Below, piece by piece: positions 1 through 13,500 of a stretch of DNA of 62,030 nt. The DNA lies in NCBI RefSeq assembly GCF_000315625.1, contig NW_005434641.1, forward strand, positions 13,321 to 75,350, in the 5' to 3' direction. The stretch is from Guillardia theta CCMP2712. Its lineage: Eukaryota > Protista > Cryptophyta. Each line of letters starts with the position of its first letter. Within the stretch, counting starts at the first letter, position 1. The notes under the pieces were generated by a model, which saw nothing but the letters and a program-made list of their open reading frames with translations, was not told the origin of the DNA and did not search any database. Position numbers and translations under genes: made by a program.

Positions 1-6
1 CCATCT

Positions 7-55
<49 letters not shown>

Positions 56-453
56 TCTCCATTCCTCTCTCCCTCCCTCCGTGCATCGCTGCCTCGCCCC
101 CTGCCTGCCTGCCTGCCTGTCCCCCTTCCTGCCATCCCCATCTCTGCTTGCCTCCTTCTTGTTTCTTGCCTGCCTGCCTGCCTCCCTCCCTCCCTCCCTC
201 CCTCCCTCCCTCCATCATTTTGCTCCTTCATTGCTCTTCTTCCTCTTCTTGGCTTTGTCTCAATTTGTTCTGCTTCGTCTTTCTCAGGTTTTGCCACCTT
301 TCCTGCAATGTATGGCCAAGACGTTGCGATTCTTTCAAGGTCTTCTTTTTGCCCAGTCCTACTCTTCGTGTCCTCCTCTTACTGTCCTCTGACTTGCGCA
401 CTTTCCAGCTTATCTTTATTCGACCCCTGCTATCGCGAGCCGACGTACATGGC

Positions 454-1400
454 ATGCTGTCTCGCGTGCATCCGATCACGAGGGGACCAGCGATCGAAGA
501 AGCGATTGATGGGGCGGCGAGGAGGTACCAAGAGAGGGCCCAGCAGGAGGATCTCTCGCGCGCGAGGGAGTACCTGGAGCGAGAGGGCATCAGGCTCGTT
601 CGGTCAGATCAGGGCTGGAGCAGGAGGATGCGCGAGGCGGTGATGACTTGGATCCTGGAGGCGTCGGAAGAAGGGTCCTCCGACGCTGAGTTTCACCTTG
701 CCGCCTCCATGTGGAAGGGACATGGGATCTGCCATGACACGAGCCTAGCGTGCGCCTTCTATGCTCGGGCGGCAGAGAAGCAGCACCTGCTGGCTCAGTA
801 CAACCTGGGAGTCTGCTACCTGCTTGGCAGGGGAACCGATCCCAAGGATGCTGAAGCCGCGCGGATGTTCATGGGTGCGGCTCAGGGGGGTGTGAAGCAG
901 GCGCAGTATGCGATAGGGTCGTGCTTTTACCTGGGGATTGGGGTAGAGAAGGACCTGAAACAAGCAGGTGGCCACTTCTACCCCCCCGCCTCTTCTCCAT
1001 CCCCTCCTCCCCTGCTCTCTCCTCCCATGTCCCTCTCCTCTCACCCCCTCCCTCCTCCCTCTTCGCGCTGCCATGCCTCACATGCGCAGCCTTCTGGTTG
1101 GCCCAGGCGTGTCAGCAAGGGTTCAATCCCAACGAGCCCCCGGCCGAGTCTCGCACGCACGCCACCATCGTACCTAGAAGAGACTTCAGGAGGTGACGTC
1201 ACCCGCTCCTCTCTGACGCCTCCTCCTCGCTGACGATCCCCAGCTCGAACCCCCGCCAGCTCTGCGACCCGCACGTTAAGAGGAGGAGGGGACCCAAGTC
1301 GCTAACGCCAGGTGAAGTTTTCAAGAGGGGATGACGGCTGTGGTGACAACGGGGAGGGCAGGGATGAAGTTGGCGATTCAGAAGAAGAAGGTTAAGAGGC
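454..1400 (+). CDS. Sel1-like repeat (SLR) protein, multi-exon; ends approximate
   Basis: Sel1 repeats: AEFHLAASMWKGHGICHD, AQYNLGVCYLLGRGTDPKD, AQYAIGSCFYLGIGVEKDLKQA. An intron at about 968-1089 joins to AFWLAQACQQG. Confidence 0.75.
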
Positions 1401-1579
1401 AGAACAAGTTGAACGAGAGGCTGGCAACAGGAAGGTTTTGACATGCTGGAAATATGTAGCTGTTGCTTTATTCTGGTCTGGACTACTTGTAAAAATATCG
1501 AACTGGTCGCTCTACCCAAAAGATTATGTGGCGGGGAGTAAACTTTGCTGTTACCCCTTTAACTCGACAACCCTCTAAT

Positions 1580-4500
1580 CTACTTCTTGTCTTTGCCCTC
1601 GCCCTCGCCCTTGCCCTCGCCCTTGCCCTCGCCCTTGCCCTCGCCCTTGCCCTTGCCCTTGCCCTCGCCCTCGCCCTTGCCTTTGCCCTCGCCTTCGCCC
1701 TTGCCTTTGCCTTCGCCCTTGCCCTTGCCCTTGCCCTCTCCCTTGCCGTCGCCTTCACTCTTCGCAGCTGCGTCACCGTTGGCATTCATCAAAACCTTCT
1801 TGTCGTTGGTATCGGGCCCGCTGCAGACGTCGGGTCACAATCGTTTCAGAGAGCGAGGGAGGGAACGAGGGAAGGAAGAGGATAGAAGAGGAAGGGGTTA
1901 AGGAGGGGGAAGGAGATAAGAAGTCCATTACCTGTAAGTCAAGACTTGAGTCATCCAAGAGTTGTCGGAGTATCCCTTGACAACTACGTCGTACGTCTTC
2001 GCCTCTAGCGTAACAAAGGAGCAAATCTCCTTGTCCTTGTTCTCTCCGTCGTTGTTCACGACTTCCTTGTCGTCGATGTACACAAGCGAGCTGCGCAAAA
2101 TGCCGTGAGGACCGGACGGGTCGGTCGACAGGACTTACCCGTAGGTTGAGAGCGAGCAAACAAGATACTTTCCTGCCTTGTTGATGGGCACTCGGCCCTG
2201 GAATAGCCATGCAACTCTGTTAGACGGAGGCTTCTTGAAGAACTGAAAGTGACGTCAGGGATGGCAGCACGACGCAAGGCAGACCCACCGTCGTCCAGTC
2301 CGACCAGGAGTCGAACTTGATGAAGGGCACAACAGCCTTGTCCTTGAGTACTAGGTCCTTGTCGAAGTCCGGAACCGACTGGCGCTTCCCCTTGTACTCG
2401 TAGAGCTTGGCATACCACTTGGACTGCTTCACTGGAGCCGGGGCCCACTCCTCGGAGCTGCCGAGGAAGTGCTCCGATCCAAACGTGTCCGGCCCCTTGT
2501 ATGTCGCGCGGATGGCAAAACCACTTCCGCCACTCTGAGAAGCTCGTCAGTTACAGCGAGGAAGAGGGCGGAAGGAACTCACATTGAACCAGAGGATGGA
2601 GACGGTGTGCTTGCCGGCCTTGACATCGCTCAAAGTAGCGCACTTCTTCGTCTCGCCATGTCGCCCTGGGCACATGGTGAGCGAAACAGCATCAGGGGAA
2701 CGGCCGAGCACCGTCGTTGTTGACGATCAGTTGATCATCGTAGTACATCTTCGAGCCATCGTCCGACGACAAACAGAAGTCGTACGAGCCCGCCTGAGTG
2801 ATCTCTACCTTGCCGTACCACGCTCCGACCACATTCTGTTGAGGGATGTTGGCGATGTACTGGTCAAGCTCCTCGGTTTTGTCAAAGTCGATGTTCGGGC
2901 AGTACGCCTGTCCCAGATAGTCCAGCCATGCCAAGTCCGGCACGTTCTCTGGGTTGTAAGGCGCAGAGTAGAGACGCATCGTCCACTTGGACTGAGGCGG
3001 GAGCTTCGGCTCCTTGGGGACTATGCTGGGGATGTACTCCTGAATCTCCCAAGTGTCTGGACCGGCATATGTGGCCTTGAGCCGCTCGCCGCAGCACTCG
3101 TCGTAGTACTTGACCATGATGTCCTGCACACCGGCCTTGAGGTCTACCACGCTACACTTCTGTGTGTAGGTTCTCTTCGCAGGGTTGTCGACGATGGTCT
3201 TCCCTCCGATGTAGAGCTTCGAACCGTCGTTGGACTCCACGCAGATGGTGTAGCTACCCGCGTTGATAATCTCGAGCTGCCCACCAAAGACAAGGGCAAA
3301 CGAATTGTCGGGGATACCAGGAACAAACTGAGAGGCGCAGAGTTAGCGGGACATGCAGGGAGACGAAGCGGCTTACCCTCCGGAAGTCTTGAATACCAGC
3401 GAAGTCGATGGCAGGGATCTTGACTTTGTACCCAAGTTCCTTCAATGCCCTCGTGGTGGTTGGCGTGCTGGTAAGCGTCTCGGAGGAAAGGTACATCTGC
3501 ATCTCCCAATCGCTCGCAAGCACCAGCACGTTCTTGTTGTCTGTGTCGGGTCCGCTGCACCATCAAGTCAGCGACAGAGCGAAGAACAGGGAGGTGAAGC
3601 ACCTCCATTCCAGCTTGAGCGATGCGTAACCACCGCCGTTATACCACCAGACCTTAGCAGCATACTTGCCCTCAGAGAGGCTGGTGGTGACACATTTCTT
3701 GCCGATGTTGAGGTCGATCAGGACGCTGTTGTCAAGAGAGAATCGGGTTCCGTCATCGGAGTTGACGCAGAACTCATAGGATCCCTCCTTCTCGACATCG
3801 ATGTGGCCGTCGATCACTGCTGCGATGTTGGTGTCACTCAATCGTGGCACATACTGCAAGCAAAAGCTGGTCAGGAGCTCATGGGCGCACTTCGGATTCA
3901 ACAACCTTTCGAAAATCGTTGAGATTGTCGAAGTCGATGAAAGGGACTTCAGTGTCCGCCACTGCCGTCATGGCAGAGACGTCCGGCATTCCGAAGTCGT
4001 ACGGCATGCTGTTCGAAGCATAGACTTTCATGGTCCATGCTGAATTCTTGGGTATCGGAGGGCCTTTGGCCACCTTACTTGGGACAAGAACGTACTCGTT
4101 GTCAGTGTCAGGCCCTCGGTACGTTGCTTGGATGTTGAATGTTTTGTCGAAAGAGAACCAGTCAACCTTCATGGGATAGAGCCCAGCTTGCAAGTTGTTC
4201 TGCATGAAAGAGCATCAAAACCAACAAACAGGCGTAGCCTCGTTCCAACCTTCCATGCACAGTACTGTCTGTTTCCGTGACGCCCTCCATTGTTGATCAA
4301 CTGATCGCCCCCGAGCCACAAATGAGATCTAAGTTTCGCAAAAAAAGAAAAAAAAATGGCGTCATAATCTGAGAGAAGAGAACAATCGCTCTACTTACCC
4401 ATCTTCTGAGAAGGTGCAGAACAAGTAGTTTCCAGGTTGCTTGATCTGAAGCTGGCCATACCACTGGGCGGCCGTGTTTTCAACGGATTTGAGGTTGACA

Positions 4501-7500
4501 TAGTACTTCAAGGAATGAAGTCAGATGGAAACAAAAACGCATCCATGTGGTGATTACCTTTTGGAACTCGCTCAATTCGTCGAAGTCGATGCCTGGAACT
4601 TCAGTCGACCCGAGGAATTTCAGCAGGTTGACATTCGGCACGTCGGACAAGTCAGAATCCGATTTGAACAGTCGCATGAGCCACTGAGAAGCTGGAGCAA
4701 GAGCAGGGGCCTCAGCCCCGTCACTCCTCAGATTCACTTCCCGGTCGTCAGTGTCTGCTCCCTGGTACGTGATTTTCATCCTCAGCGAGCCTTCTCGCTT
4801 GAAGTACTCGCCGTATGCCTGCAACAACATTAAGGAACCCTCAAAGTGTCACAGCAAACTTTCACATTGTGTTTCCCCGCAGACATCTTGACGTCCGCAC
4901 AGTACCTACGCTCGCCATGGGCACCACCGTTGTTGACAACCAGTTTGTCGTCAATCCAAAACTTAGAGCCATCGGACGATGTGGTACAGAATCGATAGTT
5001 CCCTTCCATCTCAATCTTGAAAGTGCCCCAGAATTGTGCAGCAAAGTTCATGTCTGGGGAGTCGGGGAAGTACTTCTTGAAGTCGTCCAGGTCCTCGAAG
5101 TCCACATCAGGGATATGAACTTTCACCCCAAGCTGAGTCAAGGTGGAGAGCTCCGGCATCTTAGTCAAGTCACTCGCTGACTTGTAGACGGTCATCTTAA
5201 AGTCATCTGATGGGAGCAGAATCTGTTGAGACTCCGTGTCCGGCCCTTTGTAGGTGGCTACCAACTTCACCTCCCCATCACTCTGGAAGAACTGAATGGC
5301 AACCAGGTGATCTCCTGCTTTCATCGTCGTCGTCCCACACTTCTCAACGGCTGCGTGCTTGGCGCTGTTGTCAACGACGTCTTTGCCATCAATCTTGATG
5401 ATCGATCTGTACAGGGAAAGTCACAACAAACCATCATTCAAGCAGCACCTTACCCATCAGAGGACATGGAGCAGAACTTGTAGTCACCCTCCTTCACAAT
5501 CTTGACGTGACCTTCGATGAGAGACACGAAGTTCTTGTCGGGAATGCCAGGTACACACGTTCTGAAGTCTTTCCCGCTGGAGAAATCGATATAGGGGCAC
5601 GTACCCTGTTTGACAAGTCAGACAATGAACGTGGAAGCATGGATAGAGCCTCACCTGGCCGACGTATGTAAGAGTTGAGACATCAGGCATGTCGGTGGGA
5701 GGACTGTTGGACTTGAAGACTCGCAGGGTCCAGAGCGACGGCTTGCCCGCGACGATTGTCTGATCGCAGACCAGAAGACCTGCTCGCATGCTTGGATGAT
5801 TTCTCCACTCGTAGACATAAATGCGGATGTATCTAGCTTTGACTGGCTGAGTGAACTTGTTGGTCACACGCGAGTTCTGATCCCCGTTTCCTTGGAAGAT
5901 CCTTCCGCATTCAACTTCCGTCCAATCATTTCCATCCAAGCTAGACTTGACGGTGTACATCGTCACAAACTGATACGAGTCGTATCGTCCTTGCGTGACT
6001 ACTCCCGCAATAGCCGTCACCTCTCCAACATCTATCTGCATCCATTGCGCATCTAGCAGCACAAATCAATAACCAACTCGAGTAAAGGTGCTTTATCTTA
6101 CTTGGTTCATATGGACCATAGCCGCTCCATGCTTGCACCGAATCAAGACGACCACGACCATGCCCCGCACCGACCTGCATCAGACTGTAAAGAACCTGCC
6201 ATAAGACACCACTGTCCTTACAGCATCATTGGCCCAGATGCTTGAAAAGCGCATCCGATTATACTTAGCGTTGTACTCCAGCGGCTGCGGGGAAGATGTC
6301 AACGAGCGCGTCAAAGATAAGGATGTGCAGCGCATTTACCTCGGAACACTTGTCGTCCGAGGTCACTCCTAGCACACAGCCTGAAGCTGTCGCCATCTTA
6401 GATTTGTCTAGAGTTTCTTCCCAGATTTGGATTCGCTGCATCCGAGTGAGCTTCATGAAATCAAGGAACAAGGGCAGTCATGATTACCTTGACCCAGCCT
6501 TCGGTAGCATACGTGGGATTAGCCTTGAAGAAGATCAAAGACTCGGGATCGAGCTTGAACCCATCCTTGTTCTTGGGTTTGCCGACAGCACATCGGTAAC
6601 CATTCAAGTACAGAGAGACAGTGTCTGTTTTGAAAAGTGAGGAGAGTTCAACACAGGGCAGTCACGAGCAATGTACCATCGCTGCTGCGCGTAATACCGA
6701 AGTCGTACTCAATGTCTGGGAAGATTACCCACGAGCACTCCAGTCCAGCTGTGCCAGGCAGAAGCTGCGAGACGAATCAAGGCGATCAAGGTCACATTCA
6801 CAGTCACATACCCCAAAGTGCCCACCGTCCACAGAAAGACTTGCGTCGGGAAACCAGCTCCCTGACTGCAGTATCTGTACATTCGATGTGAATGAAGGGA
6901 AACGACGGTAACTGATCATTATTACCATGCGTTGCCCCGTGGCTGTCTTGATCTTCCCAGTTATCAGGATAGAGTAAGTGGTGCCCTTGGAGATGCACGC
7001 CTGGATGGCAGGTTAGAGAGATTCCCTGGCCAACAGCTTCTCTGCTGCTTGGCTTGTTACCTTCTCGTCAAGCTCAAGTCCCTTGCCAGCAGTAAAGTGG
7101 TATCCATACTGCGCTCAAGCTCTCAGTTGCAATCCATTTGGCAGCAACAGATGTAGATGACTCACACTCATAAAGTCACCGGAACCAGACTGCACCAACA
7201 TCGGGCCGTTGGTTGAGGACGTTAGCCCGCCATTGTTAAGATTATAGTCCAAGTGCTTGTCCTTGCAGGTCTTCTCACATACCTGAAACGAACAGTCAAC
7301 ATGGGCGTAACTAACGTGATGAACTCACCAACACGCCAGCACGCCAGGAAGGATAGTTGTTGTACACGTCAGGGTAGATGCGGATGAATCGTCCCTTCAA
7401 CGGTACTCGGAAGAACACATTGACCTTGGTGCTGGTGTCTGTGTTTGCATTGAACGATCTACCGCACTCCACGTTCTGCCAGGTATTTCCATCTGTAGAA

Positions 7501-10500
7501 ATCTTGACGAAAAAGCTTCTCAGGAATTGGTTTCCAGCATTACGTCCCTGGATCACTACACCCGCGATGCCCTGAACCTCTCCAGTATCTAGTTGGAGCC
7601 AATGGCCTTCAAGCCCGGTGTATGGTTCCGGAGGAATGAAGGCGTCAGGAGAGTCCAGCATTCCACGAGCATACACCTCGCCAGCCGGGTAGTTGCCCCA
7701 GCTAGCCGAAAATCTGTGCTTGTCATAATTGACGTTCAAGACGATAGAGGCAGGGCATGAGCCCTCAGAAGCTTCAGCAAGCTTGCAGTTGCAAGCGTCT
7801 GCCATGGCATCCTCGTCCAAGGCCTTGCCCCATACTCGGATGCGTCTGACGTACCCAGCAGATGATGTCGAGGACGAAGTACCCGCGAGGAATCGAATGT
7901 TGTTGGGATCCAGTTGGTAGCCCTTTTTGTTGGAGCTCTTGGCACTGCCGCACAAGTATCCATTCAGGTAGAGGGAAACGACACCTTCTGACTCGGTGAT
8001 GCCGTACTGGTAATATTGGTTTGCCTTGATCACTTCATCGCAGTCAAGGCCATCGATGGGAGGGTTCCACTTGAAGTTGTTGTTGACAAATGCACCGTCC
8101 GTTGACCAAGAATCTGCACCGAAGATTTGCCTCCAATTTGAGATCGTGTCGAGCCTAGCTTCGATAACGGTACTCCAGCTCTCAGGCTTAATGCACCTGC
8201 TCTCGTCCAGCACCAGACCTTGCCCAGCAGCGAATCGATAGCTCTGGTCTTTCACGTCAAAGGTGCCCTCCCCCTTGTCCGAAGTAAGCATGGGGCCTCC
8301 CGTGACTGAAGCGAATGACATGTCGAAGGTGTAATCAAGCATCTTGTCTTTGCATTTGGTTTCACATGTCAACAAGCCAGCTCGTAGCGACGGGTAACCG
8401 TGGTACGAGTAAGGGTAGATACGGACATATCGCGCCTTCACACTTGAAGGAAAGAGGTTGTACACTTTGGTACTCATGTCAGTGTTTCCTTGGAAGATCC
8501 TCCCGCACGCAATATCAGCCCAGGATTTGCCATCTGTGCTCACTTTCACCATGTACTCCGTTGTCCACCAACCAGCATCATTTCTTCCCTGCGTCACGAC
8601 GCCTAGGATTGTGGTAGCATCACCGGCATCCAGCTGCATCCACTCTCCATCCTGAAAGCCGGTTTTGGCGGAGTTGGGTAACCAGCAAGTCGGTGAATTG
8701 AGCATCCCTTCCCCGTAGGTTGTGCCCACCTCGCGATTCTGATAGACAGAGGAATACCGATGGCGCTTGTAGTCTGGGTTGATGGTGACTGTGTTGGAGC
8801 AGTTGGAGCCGTCCGTCGGCAGGACACATCCACACTCTCTCGCCAGCTCATCAGGCTTCAGAGCCTTGTTCCACAGCCTGAGCCGATCCATGTAGCCGTT
8901 GGGCTGCTGACCGGCCTGCGCTCGGAAGAAGTTCAGCTTGTCACCAAGCTTATAGCCATCTCGATATTTTGGTTTCGCTGAACTGCATAAGAACCCATTG
9001 AGATAGACAGATACCACACCGTCCTCAGTTCTGGTAAGCCCATACTTGTACCAACGATTGTCCTTAATCTCCTCGTTACAGATGAGCTTGAGGTCGTCAG
9101 GCTGCATAGAGAAGACTTTGTTGACGAAGAAACCGTCAGTCTCCCAGCTATCGGTGCCAAAGATCTGCAGGGAGCCAGACACTGAGGAAAGCAACGCATC
9201 CATGATGATAGTGTAAGCTTTACCCTTGATACATTCAGATGGATTCAACTGCAACCCTTGACCACCTGACATCTGATACGCCGTCTTTCCTAGCACATCC
9301 GCGAACTTTCCAGCTCCCCATGGTGTCGTCAACATCGGCCCACCAGTCGACGAAGTCAAAGCCTGTTCAAAGCCATAGTCCAACTTGCCATCCTCACACT
9401 TCCTCTCGCAGACAAGCAAACCTGCACGCAAGGCAGGGTGGCTGTAATAGTACATCGGGTAGATCCTGACGTATCGTGCTTTTACAGGGCCAGGAAACAC
9501 GTTCTGTACTTTGGTATTGGAGTCTGAATTGCCCTCAAACACCTTTCCACAGGCAACTTCTGTCCACCTCTCACCATCTTCACTGACTTTCACGCCGTAG
9601 GCTGTCACCCACCAATTTCCGTACGCCCGGCCCTGAGTGACAACGCCAGCAATGTTCTGAACTTTACCAGAATCAAGTTGGAACCAGCAACCATTCTCGA
9701 AGCCAACTTGGGCGTTGTTACATAACCAGCCTTCAGGCGAGTCCAGCATACCTGTAGCATATCTGTATCCAGCCGCGTCGTTGGCCCAGGATGATGAAAA
9801 GCTGTGCTTGTCATAGGGCAAATTGGCGATGATAGTGCCTTTGCAGTCGGAATCGACAGGCTCAGTCAGACTGCACTGACAGGCTGACGCCATTTCTTTC
9901 TGTGTAAGAGCCTTGTTCCACATACGGATTCTCTTCAAGTAGCCAGCAGTATTCTTGTTGTTGTCATCACTATGGAAGAACGCGATGTGGCTCGTATCCA
10001 GCTTCAAATCGTCATGCATTTCTACTTTGCTCGAAGCACACAAGAATCCTTTGAGCCAGATAGAAACAGTTCCATCGTCCGCCCTTGAAAGACCGAACTG
10101 ATAAAACCTATCAGGCCTCAAAACTTCGTCGCAGTAAAGATTCGAAGACTGTGGGAAGAACTGGTATTTGTTGTTCACGTACAGCCCGTCGTTCTTCCAG
10201 GCATCGGTGCCGAAGATTTGCCTCCAGCTGCTGATCGTATCCAGCTTCGCGTCGATCACCACAGTCCAGGTCTTGTCATTGAGACACTCTGCAGCATCCA
10301 GAGCAAGCCCCTGGGATGCTGAAAACCTGTACCATCCATTCTTGTCATCAAAGGAGCCAACTCCCCATGGGTTGTCCAGCATCGGTCCGTCTGTGGAGGA
10401 AGTAAAAGCGCTGTCGAACTGATAATCCAGCTGTCCACTCTGACACTTCTTCTCGCATAGGAGCACAGCAGCCCGGATATCTGGATAGTTGACGTACTTT

Positions 10501-13500
10501 TGAGGGAAGATCTTGACGTACCGAGCGATCACTGGCTCTGGGAAGAGGATCTTCTTGATGGTAGACGAGTCCGTGCTTGCCTCGAAGATCCTTCCACAGG
10601 CCACGTCGAGCCAAGACGCACCGTCCTTGCTCACTTTTACCGACAGATAGCTGACGTAGTTGTTCGATCCTGAGTAACCTTGAGTTGCAATGCCAGCAAT
10701 GCTCTGCTCGCGCCCTGTGTCCATCTGCATCCAGATACCACCTTCATAAGGAGGATAGATGCCGCCCATGACCAAACGATTGGGTCGCCAACAGTACTGT
10801 GCGTTGATCTGACCTTGAGACCACGCGGCTTGGCCAGGCTGCCAACTAGCGTCTGAGTAAGTGTGACGGGAATACGGGACGTTCAAGAGAATAGTGTTCT
10901 TGCACTGCTTGTCTGAAGTCTCTGGCAACGAGCAGCCCGCCAAGCTTGCCATTTCACCAGGATTCTTCGCATTTTTCCACAGCTGCAAACTTCGGATGTC
11001 ACCATCGGAGTTGAAGCCGGCCTTGCTGTTGAAGAAGTTGATATCGTGCGCTGCGAACTTGTATCCATCAAAGTTCTTGGCAGATTTTGACGCACAGAGA
11101 AATCCGTTCATGTAGAGAGAGACCACGCCCTCGGCAGACCTCGTGAGTCCAAAGGAGTACCACCGGTCGTTCCAAACGCGCTCATCGCATTGAAGTTCAG
11201 AGTTCACAGGGTACATCTTCAGGATCGTGTCCACGAAGAGGCCATTGTTGCCCCACGAGGATGAACCCATAATCAGCTTCTTCCCATCTGTCGACTTCAC
11301 CTTCATGTACATGACGACTGTGTATTCAGAAGGAGTGATGCACTTTCCTTCATCCAAAGTGAAGCCTTCGCCAGCATTGAATGTGTACTGCCACACGCTC
11401 CCATCAAGATTGAATTCACCGACTTTGTCACCAGCCTGTAGCATGGGTCCAAGAGTGCTGGAGGCAAAAGTGCCCTGGAATCTATATTCAAGAGCTCCAG
11501 CTTGGCACTTCTCCTCACATATCAGAGCAGCAGCTCTTAGCGCGATGCCTCCATACCACGCCTGGGGAAAGATTCGTACATAACGGCCCTGAACGCTGGC
11601 AGAGAACATGGTGTCGACCTCCGTGTTCTGGTTCTTGTTGCCATTGAAGATGCGCCCGCACTCCACTTGCTTCCAAGAAGCGCCGTCATCACTCACTTCA
11701 ACGATGAAGGTGGTGACCCACCAGCCCACGTTCTTGCTCCCTTGGGTGACCACACCGCGGATACTCCTCAGGCTTCCCAGATCGATCTGCACGTATTGTC
11801 CCTTCTGGTGGGTTGCGGGAATCCATCCAGTCTGAGAGTTGAGCCTGACTGCACCATAGCCCACTCCAACCCTGTCGTTCTGGTTGACCGAAGACAACTT
11901 GTAGTTCTCGTCCTTGGCGGCGTAGATTACGACATCCTCCTCATCGCACTCCTCACCGGCTGTTGTCAGAACACACCCGCACTCAGTAGCGACTGCTTCA
12001 TCAGAGAGTTGTCTGTCCCACATCTTGATCTTTCGGACATAACCGGCAGATTCTCTGGAGGAGTCATCTTTGAAGAAGGTGATTTCGTGCGGCGACAGCT
12101 TGTAGCCTTCGGCGTATGGAACCTTCCCGGATGCACAGAGGTATCCATTGAGATACAGCTTCACGTTGCCATCGGAGCCCCTTGAGAGGACATACTGATA
12201 CAACTCGCCAGGCTGGATCATTTGTTCACATTGAAGGGCTCCCCCAGCCGGGAACGTAGTCACTCTCTTGTCCACGAACAGGCCGTTCTGATCCCATCCA
12301 TCGGATCCGATAAGACGCCTGTAGCCATCGACGCTGTCCAAAGACACAGACATGTAGATTGTGTAGGCCGTGCGGTTGATACAGTTGTACTCGTCCAATT
12401 GAAGTCCCTGACCCTTGGAGAAACGGTATCCCTTAGCACTGTCGAAGGTGCCTGAGCCCCATGGAGTGTCAAGTGACGGGCCCTTGGTACTGGACCTGAA
12501 GTTCTCAACGAAGCGGAAGTCAAGCTCAGCGTTCTCGCAGGGCCTTTCACATAGGAGAATTCCGAATCTGAATGCTGGCCATCCCTGGAAAGTCACTGGA
12601 AACAGCCTCACGTAGCGTGCCTTCACCGGTGTGCTGAATAAGACCTTGACCTTGCTGGTAGAATCCTCGTTTCCATCAAACACGCGTCCACACTCAACTT
12701 TAGTCCAAACCTCCGCGTCATCACTGACTTCAACCTTGAACGAAGTGACCCATTGGTTCTGTACGCTTCCCTGAATCACAACTCCAGGGATACTTTGGAC
12801 ATCCCCTGTGTCGATCTGCATCCACTCAGTATCACGCGTCGTGGCCGGAGAAAACGATGCTGGCGAGTTGAGCCTTCCCTGCGCGTTTCCTGTTCCGACT
12901 GCGGAATTTCCACGAACCGAGGAGTACTTGATTTGATTGTACATGGCATTCAGTACGATGAAAGCGTCGCAAGGCTTTCCGGGCAATGGCAGGAAACATT
13001 TGCACTCCTCCAAAATCTTCTTAGTGTCCAGGGCAGAGTCCCAAATCTTGATCTTTCTGATGGTGCCTGCTGAGTTCTCTTGGCCATCATCGTGGAAGAA
13101 AGAAATGTCCTCAGGGTTGAGCTTGTAGTTCTCAGCATAAGAAGGTTTGCCGGACTGACAAGGGAATCCGTTCAGATACAAAGTGACTGTTCCATCGTCC
13201 TTCCTCGAAATCACAAACTGGTACCATCTGTCCGGTCGGATGATCTCTCTGCACCTCAAACCTCCGACAGGTGGGAACGTCATGAAGTAGGTGTTGACGT
13301 AAATTCCATTATCAACCCAGCCATCCGAGCTCAACATTCTGCGATAACCGGTTGTCTCTTGGAGTTTAGCCAGGATGTAGATTGTGTACTCGTTGCCCTT
13401 GATGCAACGACCCACAGGAAGGGAAAGACCAGTGCCTTTAGCAAACTCGTATCCCTCGTCCTCGTCAAAATTTCCGTCTCCCCACTCTGCGACCAAACCA

